Below, piece by piece: positions 49,581-62,911 of a DNA stretch of 64,000 bases (position 1 is the first letter of the stretch; each line of letters starts with the position of its first letter). Origin of the DNA: Phoronis australis (lineage: Eukaryota > Animalia > Phoronida); assembly GCA_002633005.1 (NCBI GenBank), contig NMRA01000404.1:1-64000 (forward strand), written 5' to 3'. The position numbers and the translations under genes were made by a program. The notes under the pieces are model-generated. The model searched no databases. It was not told the DNA's origin and saw nothing but the letters and a program-made list of their open reading frames with translations.

Positions 49581-52500
49581 TTATGCGCCCACATATTTAT
49601 ATGTGGACGCATTATGCCGTCATCTCTGTTCGTCCGTCCGTCCGTCCGGGCGGCGTCCGTCTTCGATTCGCAGTTTTCACATATACAAAGAAATTCGGAT
49701 TCCTGTTGAGGGAGAAGATCTGTACGGGAAAGATACAATACAATCCCGTTGACAAGTACGATGCATCTGTTCTGATAGGCCAGAGCATTATAGGACACGT
49801 CACTCGCTAGTTAACAAAACTTTTGCGTTCTTTTTGAACCAAGGTAGAAGTTTGAAGTGTATAGTCATGGCTAAAAAGCAGCGAGGCTTGTGGTCTACAA
49901 GTTCCGTGCACAATGACTTTTTCAGGACTGTCAGATCTTATTGATAAATTGAAGACGTTCATTTTAGCAACGTCTGTAAACGCGTGGGCATCGCCTATAG
50001 GGGCATGAGTGCTTATAGGGGCATGGGCGCTTATTAGGGCGAATACAGTATGTGTTCTTTCTGTGTAGTAAACGGCTCACGATGATTTTTGGATGACTTC
50101 GAATACTGTGGCACCTCCTGGTGGTTGTTTTTGCGCCTGTGACTGTATCTGCTTAATGTTCTACAGGATCTTTGAAGTTTGCAAATGTATTTATATGAAG
50201 TTGACAACGGACGATGATGACTTTCGTATAGATTGGAGTACCGGTGTGCCCCCTAGTGGCAATTTTAGCTTTTGTTACCCGTTTACCCCTTTATCTTCAA
50301 TGGTCCTCAACGAGTTCCCATAAAATTTGTCAGGTAGGCGTCTATTAGTGAGGTAATGTTATCCATCCGTTTTTGGAGTGATTCAAGGTTATTTTACACC
50401 ACCTAGTGGCCATTGTTATGCGCCCACATAATTTTATGTGGACGCATTATGCTATCATCCCAATCTGTCCGGCGACTGTCCTGTGTGCGGCGTCTGCTTC
50501 TCTACTTCCAAAAGCCTTTAACATTATTGTGTTCATGAAACTGCACATAGGTTCCTTTCATGGATGGCATGAGTGAACTTTCGGACGGGTGCGACTACCG
50601 GTATGCCCCCTAGTAGCAATTTTAGTTTTTTACATTTACTGTATCCTCATCGGATTTTCATAAAATTTGGCATATAGGCATCTATCAGTGAGACGAAAAG
50701 GTCCTTCGATCTTCAGATGGATTTGAGGTATTTTGCTTCACCTAGTGGCCATTTTTACTGTTTTCGAGTGTTTTTTGGCATCTGCCCCTCTGTCAACAAA
50801 ACTAGATGGTTTGGAAATTGGCATGTGTGCTTCTACTATGAAGAAGATGGCTGTCAATGATTTTCTGATGACCTCGAGTACAGTAGCGCCTTCTAGTGGC
50901 AGTTTTGTTTTATTTACACCCATGGCTGTATCTCCCAAACTCTCCCAACATCTTTATTTAACAAGTGCATTTCTATAAAGTTGACGGCGATGACTTTCAG
51001 ACAAAAACGACAAAGGCTGTGCCCCCTAGTGGCAATTTCCTTTTTCCGTTTTCCTCTGTTTTTTGGCGTCCTCCCCGCTATCAACCAAACCGCTCTAAGG
51101 ATGATTGTGAAAATTGACATGTGTTTTCTTACTATGACGAGGACGGCTGAAGACAATTTTCCCATGATTTCGACTACTGTGGCGCCTCCTAGTGGCAGTT
51201 TTTTTGCGCTCATTGCTGTATCACCTAAACTGTGCGCAGGATCTTTACTAAATTTAGCAAGTGTATGGATGTCAGATGTTGACAACCTAAGACAATGACT
51301 TCCGGACGGATCTGACTACCGGTGTTTCCCTTAGTGGCAATTTTAAGTTTTTTACATTTATCTCTGTATCTTTAAAGGCCTTCGAGGTATTTTCATAAAA
51401 TTTGGCAGTTAGGCATCTATTAGTGAGATGACACTATCCTCCCATTTTCGGGTGGATTTGACGTAGTTAGCGCCACCTAGTGGCCATTTTTGCTGTTTTT
51501 CGAGTCTCATTGGCGTCCAACGAAACCATTCTAAGGATGATTTTGAAAATTCGCGTATATGTTCTCAGTATGAAGAGGACGGCTGATGATAACCACTTTG
51601 ACTACTGTGGCACCTCCTGGTGGTAGCTTTGTTTTGTTTTGTACCCATAGCTGCATCTCCTAAACACACTGCCCGATCTTTATTAAATTTAGTGGTTGTG
51701 TAATATATGAAGTTAACAACGGTCTTTCAGGCAGATCCAATGAACGCTGTGCCCCATAGTATCAATTTTCCGTTTTCCTTTGTTTCTCTGATGGTCCTTG
51801 ACAGATTCTATGAAATTTTGTAGATAACTTTCTATTAAAAAAGCGATGCATGTTCTCGTTTTCAAATGGATTGAACGTTTTTGCACCATCTAGTGGTCAT
51901 TTTTATGAAACAAATAAACAACCCTAGAAGCACACCGTTTGCTTTGGATTCATGGGCATATTTCAACGCTCTGCGTTGCTCTTGTGAAATTTGTTAAATA
52001 GGTTTCTATGAAAGAAGCCATGACAAGTTCCCGTTTTTGGATGGATTTGACTCATTTTGCGCCATCTAGTGGCCATTTCTGTGATACAAATAAACAGCCC
52101 TAGAAGCACACTGTGTGCAGTGCCTTCGTGGGTGAATTTCAATGCCCCGCGTTGTTCTTATATTGTATTCTGTTTTTTGTTGTCCTCGGTATCTTTGAAA
52201 CTCCTTCATTGGCTGATTTTTATGCACCCACATATTTATATTGGGACGCATTGTGTCGTCATCTCTGGCTGTCCGTTCGCTGCTCTATCTCAAAAACCCC
52301 ATGACGTATGTTCATGAAATTTTGCACATGTGTTTCTTCTGTAAATGGGATGGTATTAGCTAACTTTCGGGCGGATCCGGCTACTGGTGTGTCCCCTAGT
52401 GGCATTTTTAGTTTTTTACGGTTACCTCTAAGTACTCAACGGATTTTCATAAAATTCAGTATGTAGTCTTTTATGAGTGAGGTGACACTATTCTCTTATT

Positions 52501-54790
52501 TTCGGATGGATGCGACTTAGTTTGCGCCACTCAGTAGCCATTTTTACTGTTTTCGAGTCAAATTTTTTGTGTCCACACCTCTATCAACCAAATCGCTCAA
52601 AGAATGATTGTGAAAATTGGCATGTACGTTTTTACTATGAAGTGGATGGCTGAGGATGATTTTCCAACGACTTTGGTTACTGTGGTGCCTCCTCGTGGCA
52701 GTTTTGTTCTTTGCGCCTATGCCTGTCCTAAACCGTTCGCAGGATCTTTACTTTATTTAGTAAGTGTATTCATATGATGTTAACAATGGATGACGACGAC
52801 TTTCGGACAGATTTGACTACTCGTGTGCCACCTAGTGGCAATTCTATTTTTTATGTTTATCTCTGTATCTTCAAAGGTCCTCAACGTGTTTTCATAAAAT
52901 TTGGCCTACAGGCATGTTTTAATGAGGTGACGCAATCTCTCCATTTTCAGATGGATTCGACCTAGTTTGCACCACCTTTAAGTCTCCATTTTTTATTGTT
53001 CTCAAGGGTGCTTTTGGCGTCCACTCGTCTATCGATCAAACTGCTTTCAGGATAACTGAAAATTGGCATGTATGTTTTTGTTACAAAGTGGCCGGCTGAT
53101 GATGATTTTCCAACGACTTCCACTACTGTGGCGCTTCCTAATGGCAGTTTCATATTTTTTATGCTCATGGCTGTATCTCCTAAACAGTTTGCAGGATCTT
53201 TATTTAATTTAACAACTGTATGAATATGATGTTGACAACAAATGACAACGACTTTTGTACGGATCTGACTTCTGATATCCCCCCTAAAGGCAATTTTATT
53301 TTCTTACGTTTTAACTCTGTATGTTCAAAGGTCCTCAACGGATTTTCATAAAATTTCAAATATAGGCATCTATTGGCGAGGTGACGTTTTCTTCCTGTTT
53401 TCGAATGGAATCAAGGTATTTTGTACCACCTGGTGGCCATTTTTGCTGTTTTCGAATCTTGTTTTTGGCGTCCACCTTTCTATCAACCAAATCATTCTAG
53501 GGATGGTTTTAAAAATTGACATATATGTTCTCAGTGTGAAGGGGACGTTTGATGATGGTGACTAACTATTGTGGCACCTCCTAGTGGTAGTTTTGTTTTG
53601 TTTTGCGCCCATGGCTGTATCTCCTAAACCCACTGCAGGATGTTTATTAAATTTAGTGAGTGTATTTATAAGAAGATAACAACAGATGATGACTTTCAGG
53701 CAGATCCAACAGACGCTGTGCCCACTTAAGTGGCAACTTCATTTTATTCTGTTTTCCTTTGTTTCTCTGAAGTTCCTTGACACATTTTTATGAAATATGG
53801 CATGTTTCCGTTTTTGTTAGATTTTACATTTTTGGCCATTTTTGATACAAATGAATAACCCTAAAAGCATACCATTTGCGAAGCATTTGTGGGCGCATTT
53901 CAACGCTCCGCGTTGCTCTCGTTACGAAATAAGTAGGTTTCAGTTAGAGTCGACAGGTTCCCATTTTCTATAGATTCGACATATTGTAGCCATTTTTATT
54001 ATCATGAAATTTTCGGGCGGATTTAACATATTCTGTGCTAATTGGTGGCCATTTTAAAAATTGTTCAGTAGGTTTTTGATATCACCAAACCTCTTGAAGG
54101 ATCATTATTAAAATTTGGAGATGTATTTCTGATGAGAAGACCTTGGCTGACGTCGATATTCGGAGGTGTTCAACTACTCTGGCGTCCTCTAGTGGTGTTT
54201 TTTGCATCCACAGGTTTATCTCCTATACTGTTTGTAACATCTTTTTGAAATTCAGCAAATGTGTTCCTGTGGAGATTTCAACAGATGACGGTGAGATTCA
54301 GACCAATCCAACTACAGCTGTGCTCCGTAGTGGCACTGTTACTTTTTTGTTTGCTTGATGCTTTGGCAAACAACTTTCTATTGTGAAGACGACAACACCT
54401 TCCCTTTTTTGTGATGGATTTGATGTATTCTGCACCAACTTATGGCCATTTTTATTGTTTTTAGTCTGTTTTTTCTGTCTGCTTATATATCTGCTAAATT
54501 GATCAGAGGATCATTATGAAAATTGGAAGATATGTTTCTAAGGACGTGAGCATGACTGACATGGATTTTCAGATGGTGCTTCAGTGACATTTTTCCGCAT
54601 GTACGGCTGTATATCCTTAACCCCTTGCAAGTTGTTTTTGAAATTTTGCTATTGCATTCCTATTAAATTGATAGCAGGCGGACGAATTCAACTAACTCTG
54701 TGGTTCCTAAAGGCTGTTTGTTTTTTAAGTTTGCCTTTGTGTCTTTGGATTTGTTTTGCAGATTTTCATAAAATTTGGCAAAATAGTTTT
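49581..54790 (+). mobile_element. Nest of Helentron-associated (HINE/DINE-1/pearl-like) elements with an internal ~140-bp tandem array
   Basis: 5' modules TTATGC(G/A)CCCACAT..GGACGCAT (subTIR plus IR) occur at 49581, 50416 and 52220; the first is followed by (GTCC)n. 3' modules of the type GTGGGCGCAT + AACGCTCCGCGTT hairpin + GCTCTYGT end near 51985, 52160 and 53923. Confidence 0.75.
49662..50048 (-). mobile_element. Family C left-end fragment, inverted, within the first HINE
   Basis: Ends GGGCGCTTATTAGGGCGAATACAG|TA; reverse complement of about 38236-38662. Confidence 0.75.
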
Positions 54791-55310
54791 GAGAGACGAT
54801 TACTCCTTACCACTATGTCGTCTAAGGCCATTTTTTCCTATTTTTTAAAAAATTTTTTGTTCAAATATTTATTATCATTGATAAACAAGTACAAAAACAA
54901 ACAAACAGATGAGTACATCCATTCATTCACGCATGCGCACCTCAGGAGAGAGCATTCTCGTATATCATATAAAGTAAAACTAAGTGCTACATTGAGTTAA
55001 CAGGAACAATCAAATTTTGCCATTTCCCAGAGAAGCTGTCATACACAAAATTTTTATGTGCAATTAATTTTTCAGCATTATATTACTCATAAATATATGT
55101 AACAAACTTGTTAATATTTTGTATTTATTGTGACATCTCTCATTGTAAATGTACTGTTTGGCTAGTAATAGCAAAATGTTAAATAAAAAACCACCTGTCT
55201 CATAAAGTCCAAGAATAACAGGTTTGTAAGAGAGACAGTAGGGAAGCTGAATGAGACACTTATGAAGTATTAAAAACGGGACGATCGCCGCACAAATAAA
55301 AAAGTTCATG

Positions 55311-55355
55311 TTCCATTCAACGTTTCGTCTTTTCATTAGACATCATCAGGATCAT
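55311..55355 (-). ncRNA. Degenerate Penelope-type minimal hammerhead ribozyme motif
   Basis: The minus strand reads CUGAUGA-U-GUCU(AAUGAAA)AGAC-GAAAC-GUU. Stem I is weak. Confidence 0.4.
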
Positions 55356-56747
55356 ATTTGCAACAATTTAGGACAACAAGTGCCATAGAGTGAAGTGAGA
55401 GATACATAGAATATTGTCAGTAGTCTTATTGTGGTCAAAAACTGATTTAATTACTTATGAAGTAGTTTTCCGAATTGCTTTCAAAAATCTTGTTCAGGGT
55501 GACATTCCCAAAAAAGGTATGACAGGGTCTCTGGAACTCTGGCACATAAATTAGAATCCTGAACTTAGATTTTCACTAAAAAGTATTTGTTGCAATAATC
55601 CTGTGTAATATTCTTAATTGCAATAATCTGATATTGGGATCCTTTGTAATTTCATAAGGTAATGGGTATATTTTCTTCCAATCTAAACTACCGTATTTGC
55701 CCTAATGAGCGCCCATGTCCCAGTGTTTTCCACATCTGAAAATCTAAACAGGTCGCACGTGTAAAAACTGCAACGTGCCGTAACCGCGCGGCGGTCAACG
55801 TTCTCCATAAGCTAGTGTGCACCTAATTTTTACCCACGCATTCTAATAGTAATGCTCAGTAGTGCAAACAAATAACTGTTCGTTCAAGTTTTTATTTTTA
55901 AAATTTGGACTTATTCACAAACACATCACATAACTCATTTGTTTGGTCAATGACTTTGAAATGGAAGTCTACAGAGGTGTTTCAAACAGTATGGGGAAAT
56001 GTTGTACTCAATAATTGTGAAGTCAATGTCAACTAAGTACAAAAAGTCTAACACAGAAGTAAACTTTTCTCACAAAGTAGACGGTTGCAGTGAAGTGTCT
56101 TTGTAAAGCCAGTCACATTTTTATGTCTTGATACGTTTTCCCTTATTCTGTAAGTGTAATGTCTTGCACAGCATTCTTATAGTCTGAATTCTATGTTTTG
56201 AAGCTGGTACAACATTAAACATCTGAACTACCATAACTCTTGTTAAAACTGCACAATATGTGAGTCCTCCCTTATGAATACAAATTAGGTAGGGTAAACA
56301 AAGCAATTCACGTGGGTTTTCCTTCTACTTGGACGGTTAGTGTTAAGCCTATTGATGACAACCAATATTTCTACTGGATTATGATGACAAACGCTTGCAA
56401 CTATGGAATTCCCATAATTTTCAGGATAGTCACTAACTCATTCTTCCACATGAGAACCATCTATTCTCAAGTTAGAGCGAATTGTATTGCCGATGTCTGA
56501 AGTTGTCGGCAAAACTTCTGTTCACCATTTGTGACACAGATATTTGCGATTCGTTGACCGAGCCCGGCAATATCACCACCATCCGGACCTGGATTATCTG
56601 TCGTATCTTCATCTGAGTCAACGTCAGTTTCTGAAACATCTCTCGGTTTTTACAATAATCCTTAGGATTAGCAGTCCTTCGCCTTCCTGCGGCAGACAAC
56701 ATTTCTGATTATGTAGAATGCGCATGTCAATCGCTGATGGAAACTAA

Positions 56748-56892
56748 GTGTGCGTTCAGTAACGCTCTATGCTAGGACCTATAGCTAAAAGTTAGCCAAT
56801 CACGTAATCTTATTGAAAATACACGGCATTATCTCACGTAATCTCACGAAGTCTTGCTTTTTACCGAGGTCTTAGCGTTACTGAATGGGAGG
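56748..56892 (-). mobile_element. Diverged copy of the ~150-bp Harbinger-like MITE
   Basis: The reverse complement aligns with 60697-60847. Confidence 0.7.
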
Positions 56893-57954
56893 CAGGATAG
56901 AATTCACTATTGTAAGGACCAAGCTAGGTAAACAAGACACTGCGAGATTACGTGTTTTTGGCTATAATTTCTCAGTGCGAGACATATATTTTGAACTTTT
57001 CACAGTGACGTCACCTGCTGTCCCAAGTCTTGGAATACTCCCCTGAAACTGCAAACATTACGCACGGCCACTACTGAAGTTGAGTTTGCGAATGGCTTGA
57101 CAGATTTTTAGAGGGAGTATGCGCCACAGATATAATGTTCATGCTGCCAATGAAACTCCTTATAAGGCAATGAGATGAACTCGGTCAATCTCAATGGGCC
57201 GGTGGCACCAAAAGTAACCAATAATTTTCATCTAAGTGAGAAATACACATGAATGAGAACCATCAAAAGCAGTTTCATGCAAATGTTTGTTGAGACTGAT
57301 ATTGGTAAAGTCTGTGACGTGGGGCCCACGGATTATTGAAAAATGTGCTACAAAAACTAAAATCTGGCCTCCCAAAAGATGGTCGTTGTAAAAACTGCTG
57401 CTCAATAGGGTCTTTGCTGACAGCATATGCTTTGCAGAACTAACCATGGAGCCATAATTATTTTCAATGGGTAATATGATCAGTTGTCGGCCGAACACAA
57501 AAAGGTGACTACAAAAGCGAATAGGCCTAATGTAACGATCCGATCCACGACTTCCGTGCCGGAATGCACCTACAGTGAGCAGGTAGTGGATTAGGCCTAT
57601 AGGTAGCACTGGGCCTTTGTTTAAATTCAATTGACTATGGCTAGTTGAATTGAAAAGATTATTTATGCGCCATTAATTGATTAGTGGCCTGGTCTGCCAC
57701 TTGCAGTGAGACTGGTGCTTAGACTTTCCTCAACTGACCACTTAACCTTTATTCAGTTTCAGTGGGCTGAGGCCAGTTGCTATCAAGCGTAATTTGAACC
57801 ACTGAAGACCATATTAACAAGGACGACGCCTTTTTACAAAGTAGTTACTATATTCAGGTCACGGGATTTTTAAACGGGACGCGGGACATTTAAACAGGCC
57901 GTGCGTTCGGCCAAACAGGACGCTGCGTCATGTTAAAAGTGGTAGTGGAGAACA

Positions 57955-59250
57955 CCGCCCCTATTAGCGCCCCCTCATGTGTTTTCAGACTTTGCTAAAT
58001 TAAGCGCCCAGTCCATGAATATGTACATGCAAAAAATGCCTTACCTACAGTTCTTAAATTCCACAGTAACATCTTCAATTTATCATTAAGATCCGACAAT
58101 CCTGAAAAAATCATTGTGCACGGAATTTGTAGACCACGAGCCTCGCCGCTGTCGGTATTTAGCCATGACTATACACTTCAAACTTCCGCCGTGCTTTAAA
58201 AAGAACACAAGCGCAAATCGAAGACTAATAAAAACTTGACCTTTGTTCAGGTAAAAGCACGTGGCCAGGAAGCGCACGCTACATTCAAGTACATGTACCA
58301 GTCATCGGAGATTAGTGTTCGGAAACTACCTATTCATGAAACGGGTAGCATAGCATCGGCAAGAAATAAATACTGGCACTTATATCTGAAAGTTTTTAAT
58401 ACCGTAAAAAACTTTTGCATTTTTTGAAGGGGGAATTATTAAATTAGTCGTAATTCATGTTTTTGCTGTCAAAATGAACCACTGATAGTGAACACTTCCG
58501 TATCCTATACCTTCCGAATCTCCCGAAAAATAACTTGCATCCAGTCACCCAGGGACTCAATATTAGCCTTACCAAGACACTTCTTGAACGTTTTTTAGCA
58601 GATGAGATCAACAAGTGCTAAATAAAACATGTTCTGCTTTACTGCTTATGTTAATTTCCTTAGTTGCAATGAACACCTAGATCGTTGCATCGCTTTTACT
58701 CTGGCAAATGAACTCTGATGACACGCACGCTGACTTGCTCACTCACACAATACGCAGACGAACTTCAAAGCAAACATCACATGACAACAACGTGTGTTCG
58801 TCCAGAGATTTTTCTCACGTTGCGGAGCACGATCTAGCGCAGATTTGGACTTAATATGCTGTTAATCCTAACTCCACAGGAACTTAAGAATCGAAAACTT
58901 ACGGTGGACTTCATGTAATTTGTTCATCAAAACTATTTTTACTCAAGAATTCAAGTTGACCTATCGGTGATTGCAAGGCAGCAATGCATCAGTTGGCGAG
59001 TTTTCGCACTGGATTTTCTGAAAAATGCTCATAATTTAACAACAAAGTTTAATAGCAATGCACTGCAAATTTGTAGAAACTCTGTCATAGGTTACAGATG
59101 AGTCACAGAGCATAAATTTGATGAAGTTTAGCTTACGATTTCACTTGTTTCGGAGACCGGACTTTGACCTTTTTTGGGCTGTAATAAGCGCCCCCGGCCT
59201 TCCTGAGGCAAATTTTTAAGCGCCCTGGGCGCTTATTAGGGTGAATACGC
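57955..59250 (+). mobile_element. Family C Tc1/mariner-like element, left tip missing
   Basis: Colinear with 38264-39690 and ends GGGCGCTTATTAGGGTGAATACGC|TA. Confidence 0.8.
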
Positions 59251-59479
59251 TATCTCTTAACTCTATTTCCCGTGTATACTCTGACTTAGAAGGTTTCTAT
59301 TCGCATCTTTCTGTAAGTGAGTAATCGCAAAAGGCAGGCAAGGAGAATTAGACATTAAATAACACTTTTAAATTTACTTTGAAGTAGGACTTTTTTAAAA
59401 ACCTTTTTAGAACAGAAAAAATCATTATTTGCTACAAAGTTGGTTCTTACATCGTACCCATTTATCGTATGGTCTAAAC

Positions 59480-59935
59480 TACCGAAACCAACATCAGAGG
59501 TATAGATATCTCTGATACAAACCAAAACTTATATTGAATACTTGTGCCTGACTTATCCCCATGTTACTATTAAACCACAAAGGTTGATTCAAAAAGTCTT
59601 CTTTACTCGTAACAATTATTTTCTTATACTTCCAAATACGCCGTGGCAGTAGGAAATTATCAATTAGAGTCAACTTTAACTTAATAAAGTCATCTCCAAA
59701 TGAAACCAAATTTTAGATGCAGGGCTTTCAAGATATCTACGGGCCATGGCAAGTTTTAAGGCTTTGCTGAAAGTATGTATATTAACCATATAAAGTCCCC
59801 TTGATTTATTATTACAATCCTGCCATACATATCTAAAGAATATCATACTCAATTCGTCGAAGACTTTTACTGGTGGATTTGATAAATTTGACAACAAAAA
59901 TTAAGTTTAGAAATAGCTAATGTTTTAATAGACCT
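59480..59935 (-). pseudogene. L1/Tx1-group LINE ORF2 remnant
   Basis: LSNLSNPPVKVFDELSMIFFRYVW...RGLYMVNIHTFSKALKL...FLNQPLWFNSNM matches the Tx1 post-RT motifs (LPNP, GGL, ALKL, QPLWFN). Confidence 0.7.
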
Positions 59936-60696
59936 AACTCACGCGGCGGACATTAAAATCCAATGTGAGACTCACTGCGATAACCAAAGCAGAAGTTGAC
60001 ATTGCGTGAGTTAAATGGTCAGTCTTTCGAGTCCCACCTGGATATTAAAGTCCTTGTCTCATGCGTTGTTAACCCTTATTACATGGTTAGAAGATGTTAT
60101 AAGGATCCAAGAAGTACCTACCCCATAACTAATACACGATCCGTACTCGAAAACAGTTTAAATGAATGCGCCACTCACGATTCGCACCCGAAGAAACACC
60201 GCCATTTTGAACTTGCCGCGAACCCGGAAGTACAATTCATTCAGGAACCCAGGCCGAGAAAACGCCGTCAGTGCGACTCGAGCAGTGCCTGTACTGTTAC
60301 CAGCCAGCAAACGGGGATAAAATGATCGACAGCGCGCCTTAATTTTAATAAAATCAAACTACAGACAATTTTATCGAATTTGCTGAAGAAATGTGGCGAA
60401 TAAATTTTGACAGAAATTATTTTGCCAGACTCGGGACCGCAGCCTATCGGACCCGGTGCGGATCGAGACCAGACACTGGCGAACGGTAAATGCATGCGGT
60501 TGCAAGCTGTTTTGTCGAAGTAAAATGGTCAAATGATAAATGCTGCATATATTCAAGGGTAGTTTCAGACACTTGCATGAAATTACGGGCTGGTTAGTCC
60601 TGTGTCACACTGCCGCGGCAGACCTTAGTTAGCCTCAGTCACCAGCTACCAGTGAAGACTATAGTCAAAATACAGCTTGTTAGTAGGCCTATACAG

Positions 60697-60847
60697 CCTC
60701 CCGTTCAGTAGCGCTAGGACCTCGCTAAGAAGCAAGACTTCGCGAGATTACGTGAGATATTGCCGTGTATTTTAAATGAGAACATGTGACTTTGACTAGG
60801 ATTTTGCAAGGTCCTAGCGTAGGTCCTAGCGTCTACTGAACGCACGC
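60697..60847 (+). mobile_element. Complete 151-bp Harbinger-like MITE with a CAG TSD
   Basis: CAG|CCTCCCGTTCAGTAGCGCTAGGACC...GGTCCTAGCGTCTACTGAACGCACGC|CAG. Confidence 0.75.
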
Positions 60848-62210
60848 CAGCTTTGCGCCAAGACTACCCTTAGGCCTAACTGGTCGCTGGCCACAAACAC
60901 AAAAAACACGAAAATTGAACAAAGTTTCTTTTTTGTAGCAACGTTTGTCAAAATGTATCAACGTTAAATCTTCACAAATTACAAAGTAGCCGATTGAACA
61001 TGCCTTTCAGTTCAGCAAAAGTCGACATTGTAGGTGCCGCCAGAAATGAGACGAAGTCCAACGGGAATTGTGAGCACATTTATCACTTAATGAGTAACAA
61101 CTGCGAGGCTGAAATTTGGTGAACACTGCTAAATCGTGCAGAATAGTAAGTAAAGATATGTCTAACTAAATTTCACCGTAATTTGTTGGCGAAAACAATT
61201 TACACAAAGTTTTAAACTCGTAACTCATCCCGCTGTCCTCCAATATGGCCGACGCGATCCAAACAAAGTGACCCAAATTTCGCCACAAAACTTGCAATAA
61301 CTTTACAGTGCTTGCCCCGATTTTGATACTTTTTCGATTTTTACTGAGTAGAATGTACTACCTTTCCGATGATAGCAAAGTACTTTTTCAAAACGAGGAA
61401 AAAAATAAAACCGAAAAAAAATTGGTTCGACCCATATTGGTTCCTAGGTTCGACCGGCCTACGTAAGGAACTAAACACCAATGCTATTTTAACATACTAA
61501 GTACGCGTAACATTCCAAAAAAAATAACGACCACTAACTACAAACTATAAATACACTACATATGCAAACGAATCACGATATATTACTAATAAAACAAAAT
61601 AATGAAGACTTTTCGAGCAAGCCATAGCACATTCAGTTACAAGGAAAAAATGGCGGCGTTCAGGACAAGTTCCTGAACTGATGAGCCGGAAATGTGGGTA
61701 CGGAAATAACCGATGACAACCGGTAATCATACGCTCAGAGAAAAGGGTCAAATACGGTTGAAAAATCGCTTTTGGCAAGAAAGGCGAAAAGAATGTAAAG
61801 AAAGGGTGTCGAAAATAAGATTTTATGTAGTAAGTATTTTCGGATACCAGAACCACATGGGCAGTTTGCAACAAGGACTTTAAATCTTAAAAATATGTCG
61901 ATAATTTACTACAGAAACGTAGAAAAATACATTATTTAGAGAACAGTCAATGCACCAAAGAGTTGTCTGACGAAAGGATAAATTTTTTCGGAAAACTAGC
62001 TTCGAATCATAAAAAGTAAATGTGACCAAATTGCGGTGATCGTAGTGTTACGGATTAGATATTGTGGTGAATGCAGGTTTACGTTTCTTCTAACTTGTAA
62101 ATTGTTGATAATGCTTTCTACACGAACCAGGTCATCTGCTCATATTGTTATAAGATAGTAAAACTACTAAAATTAAAACAGCGGGCATCGGTTCTAAAAT
62201 ATATTAAAAT

Positions 62211-62250
62211 ATCCCCACGTTTCGAGCGATGCGCTCTTTGTCAGGGGTGT
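62211..62250 (-). ncRNA. Degenerate Penelope-type minimal hammerhead ribozyme motif
   Basis: The minus strand reads CCC-CUGACAA-A-GAGCG(CAU)CGCUC-GAAAC-GUG-GGG. Stem II is a perfect 5 bp, but the core G8 and the cleavage triplet are non-canonical. Confidence 0.4.
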
Positions 62251-62911
62251 GCTACAGCACTACTTCTTGAGGGGCCTCATTATCCGAGGGCAAAGGTGCC
62301 TATGTCTTCTCAGAGGGAAATTTTTTCGTTGAGTGAGGGGAAAAATCTACCTCCCGATCACCATCAATAGCACCCTCGCCCTTATTGCAAGTTCTCATAG
62401 GCTCTGTCTCAAGTAGCATTTTGTGCTCTTTCAAATTGTCACCTGTGTGGTTAGGTGATTTGAACTTCGAAGAGAAATTTTCAATCACTAGGGGAATTCG
62501 CGTGATTTTTGAATATTTTTGAGAGGGGAATAGGGATGATATTCAGCCCCAAAATCGAGGGACTGTCACATTGAGTAAGGATATGGGTCTCCCAGTTTTT
62601 CAAATAATGTTTACTTTGATCTGCTCCCTAAGGGTCCTTTATGCAGGTATCACTCCCTCTTTCTGTGTTGATGATAAATGACCAACAACAAAACCAATAT
62701 TAAGTGAGTGAACAACGAAATGTCCAATGTCAGCCCAAAAAAATTCAGAAATTCTGAAAAACTATCAGAGTCTGTGCTGTTGTTGTTTTTCATTTTTTCA
62801 AGCATTGAGTAACTTTTTCATGTGTAAGGAGAGAGCCTTCTAATATTTCTTTTTTCAGTCTCATTTTTATGATACAAATAAACACCCCTAGAAGCACATG
62901 TTTGTAGTGCT

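Noticed and set aside
50733-51298. ORFs with repeated STVAPPSG peptides
   Set aside because: They are read-through of the tandem array, and frames are not preserved between units.
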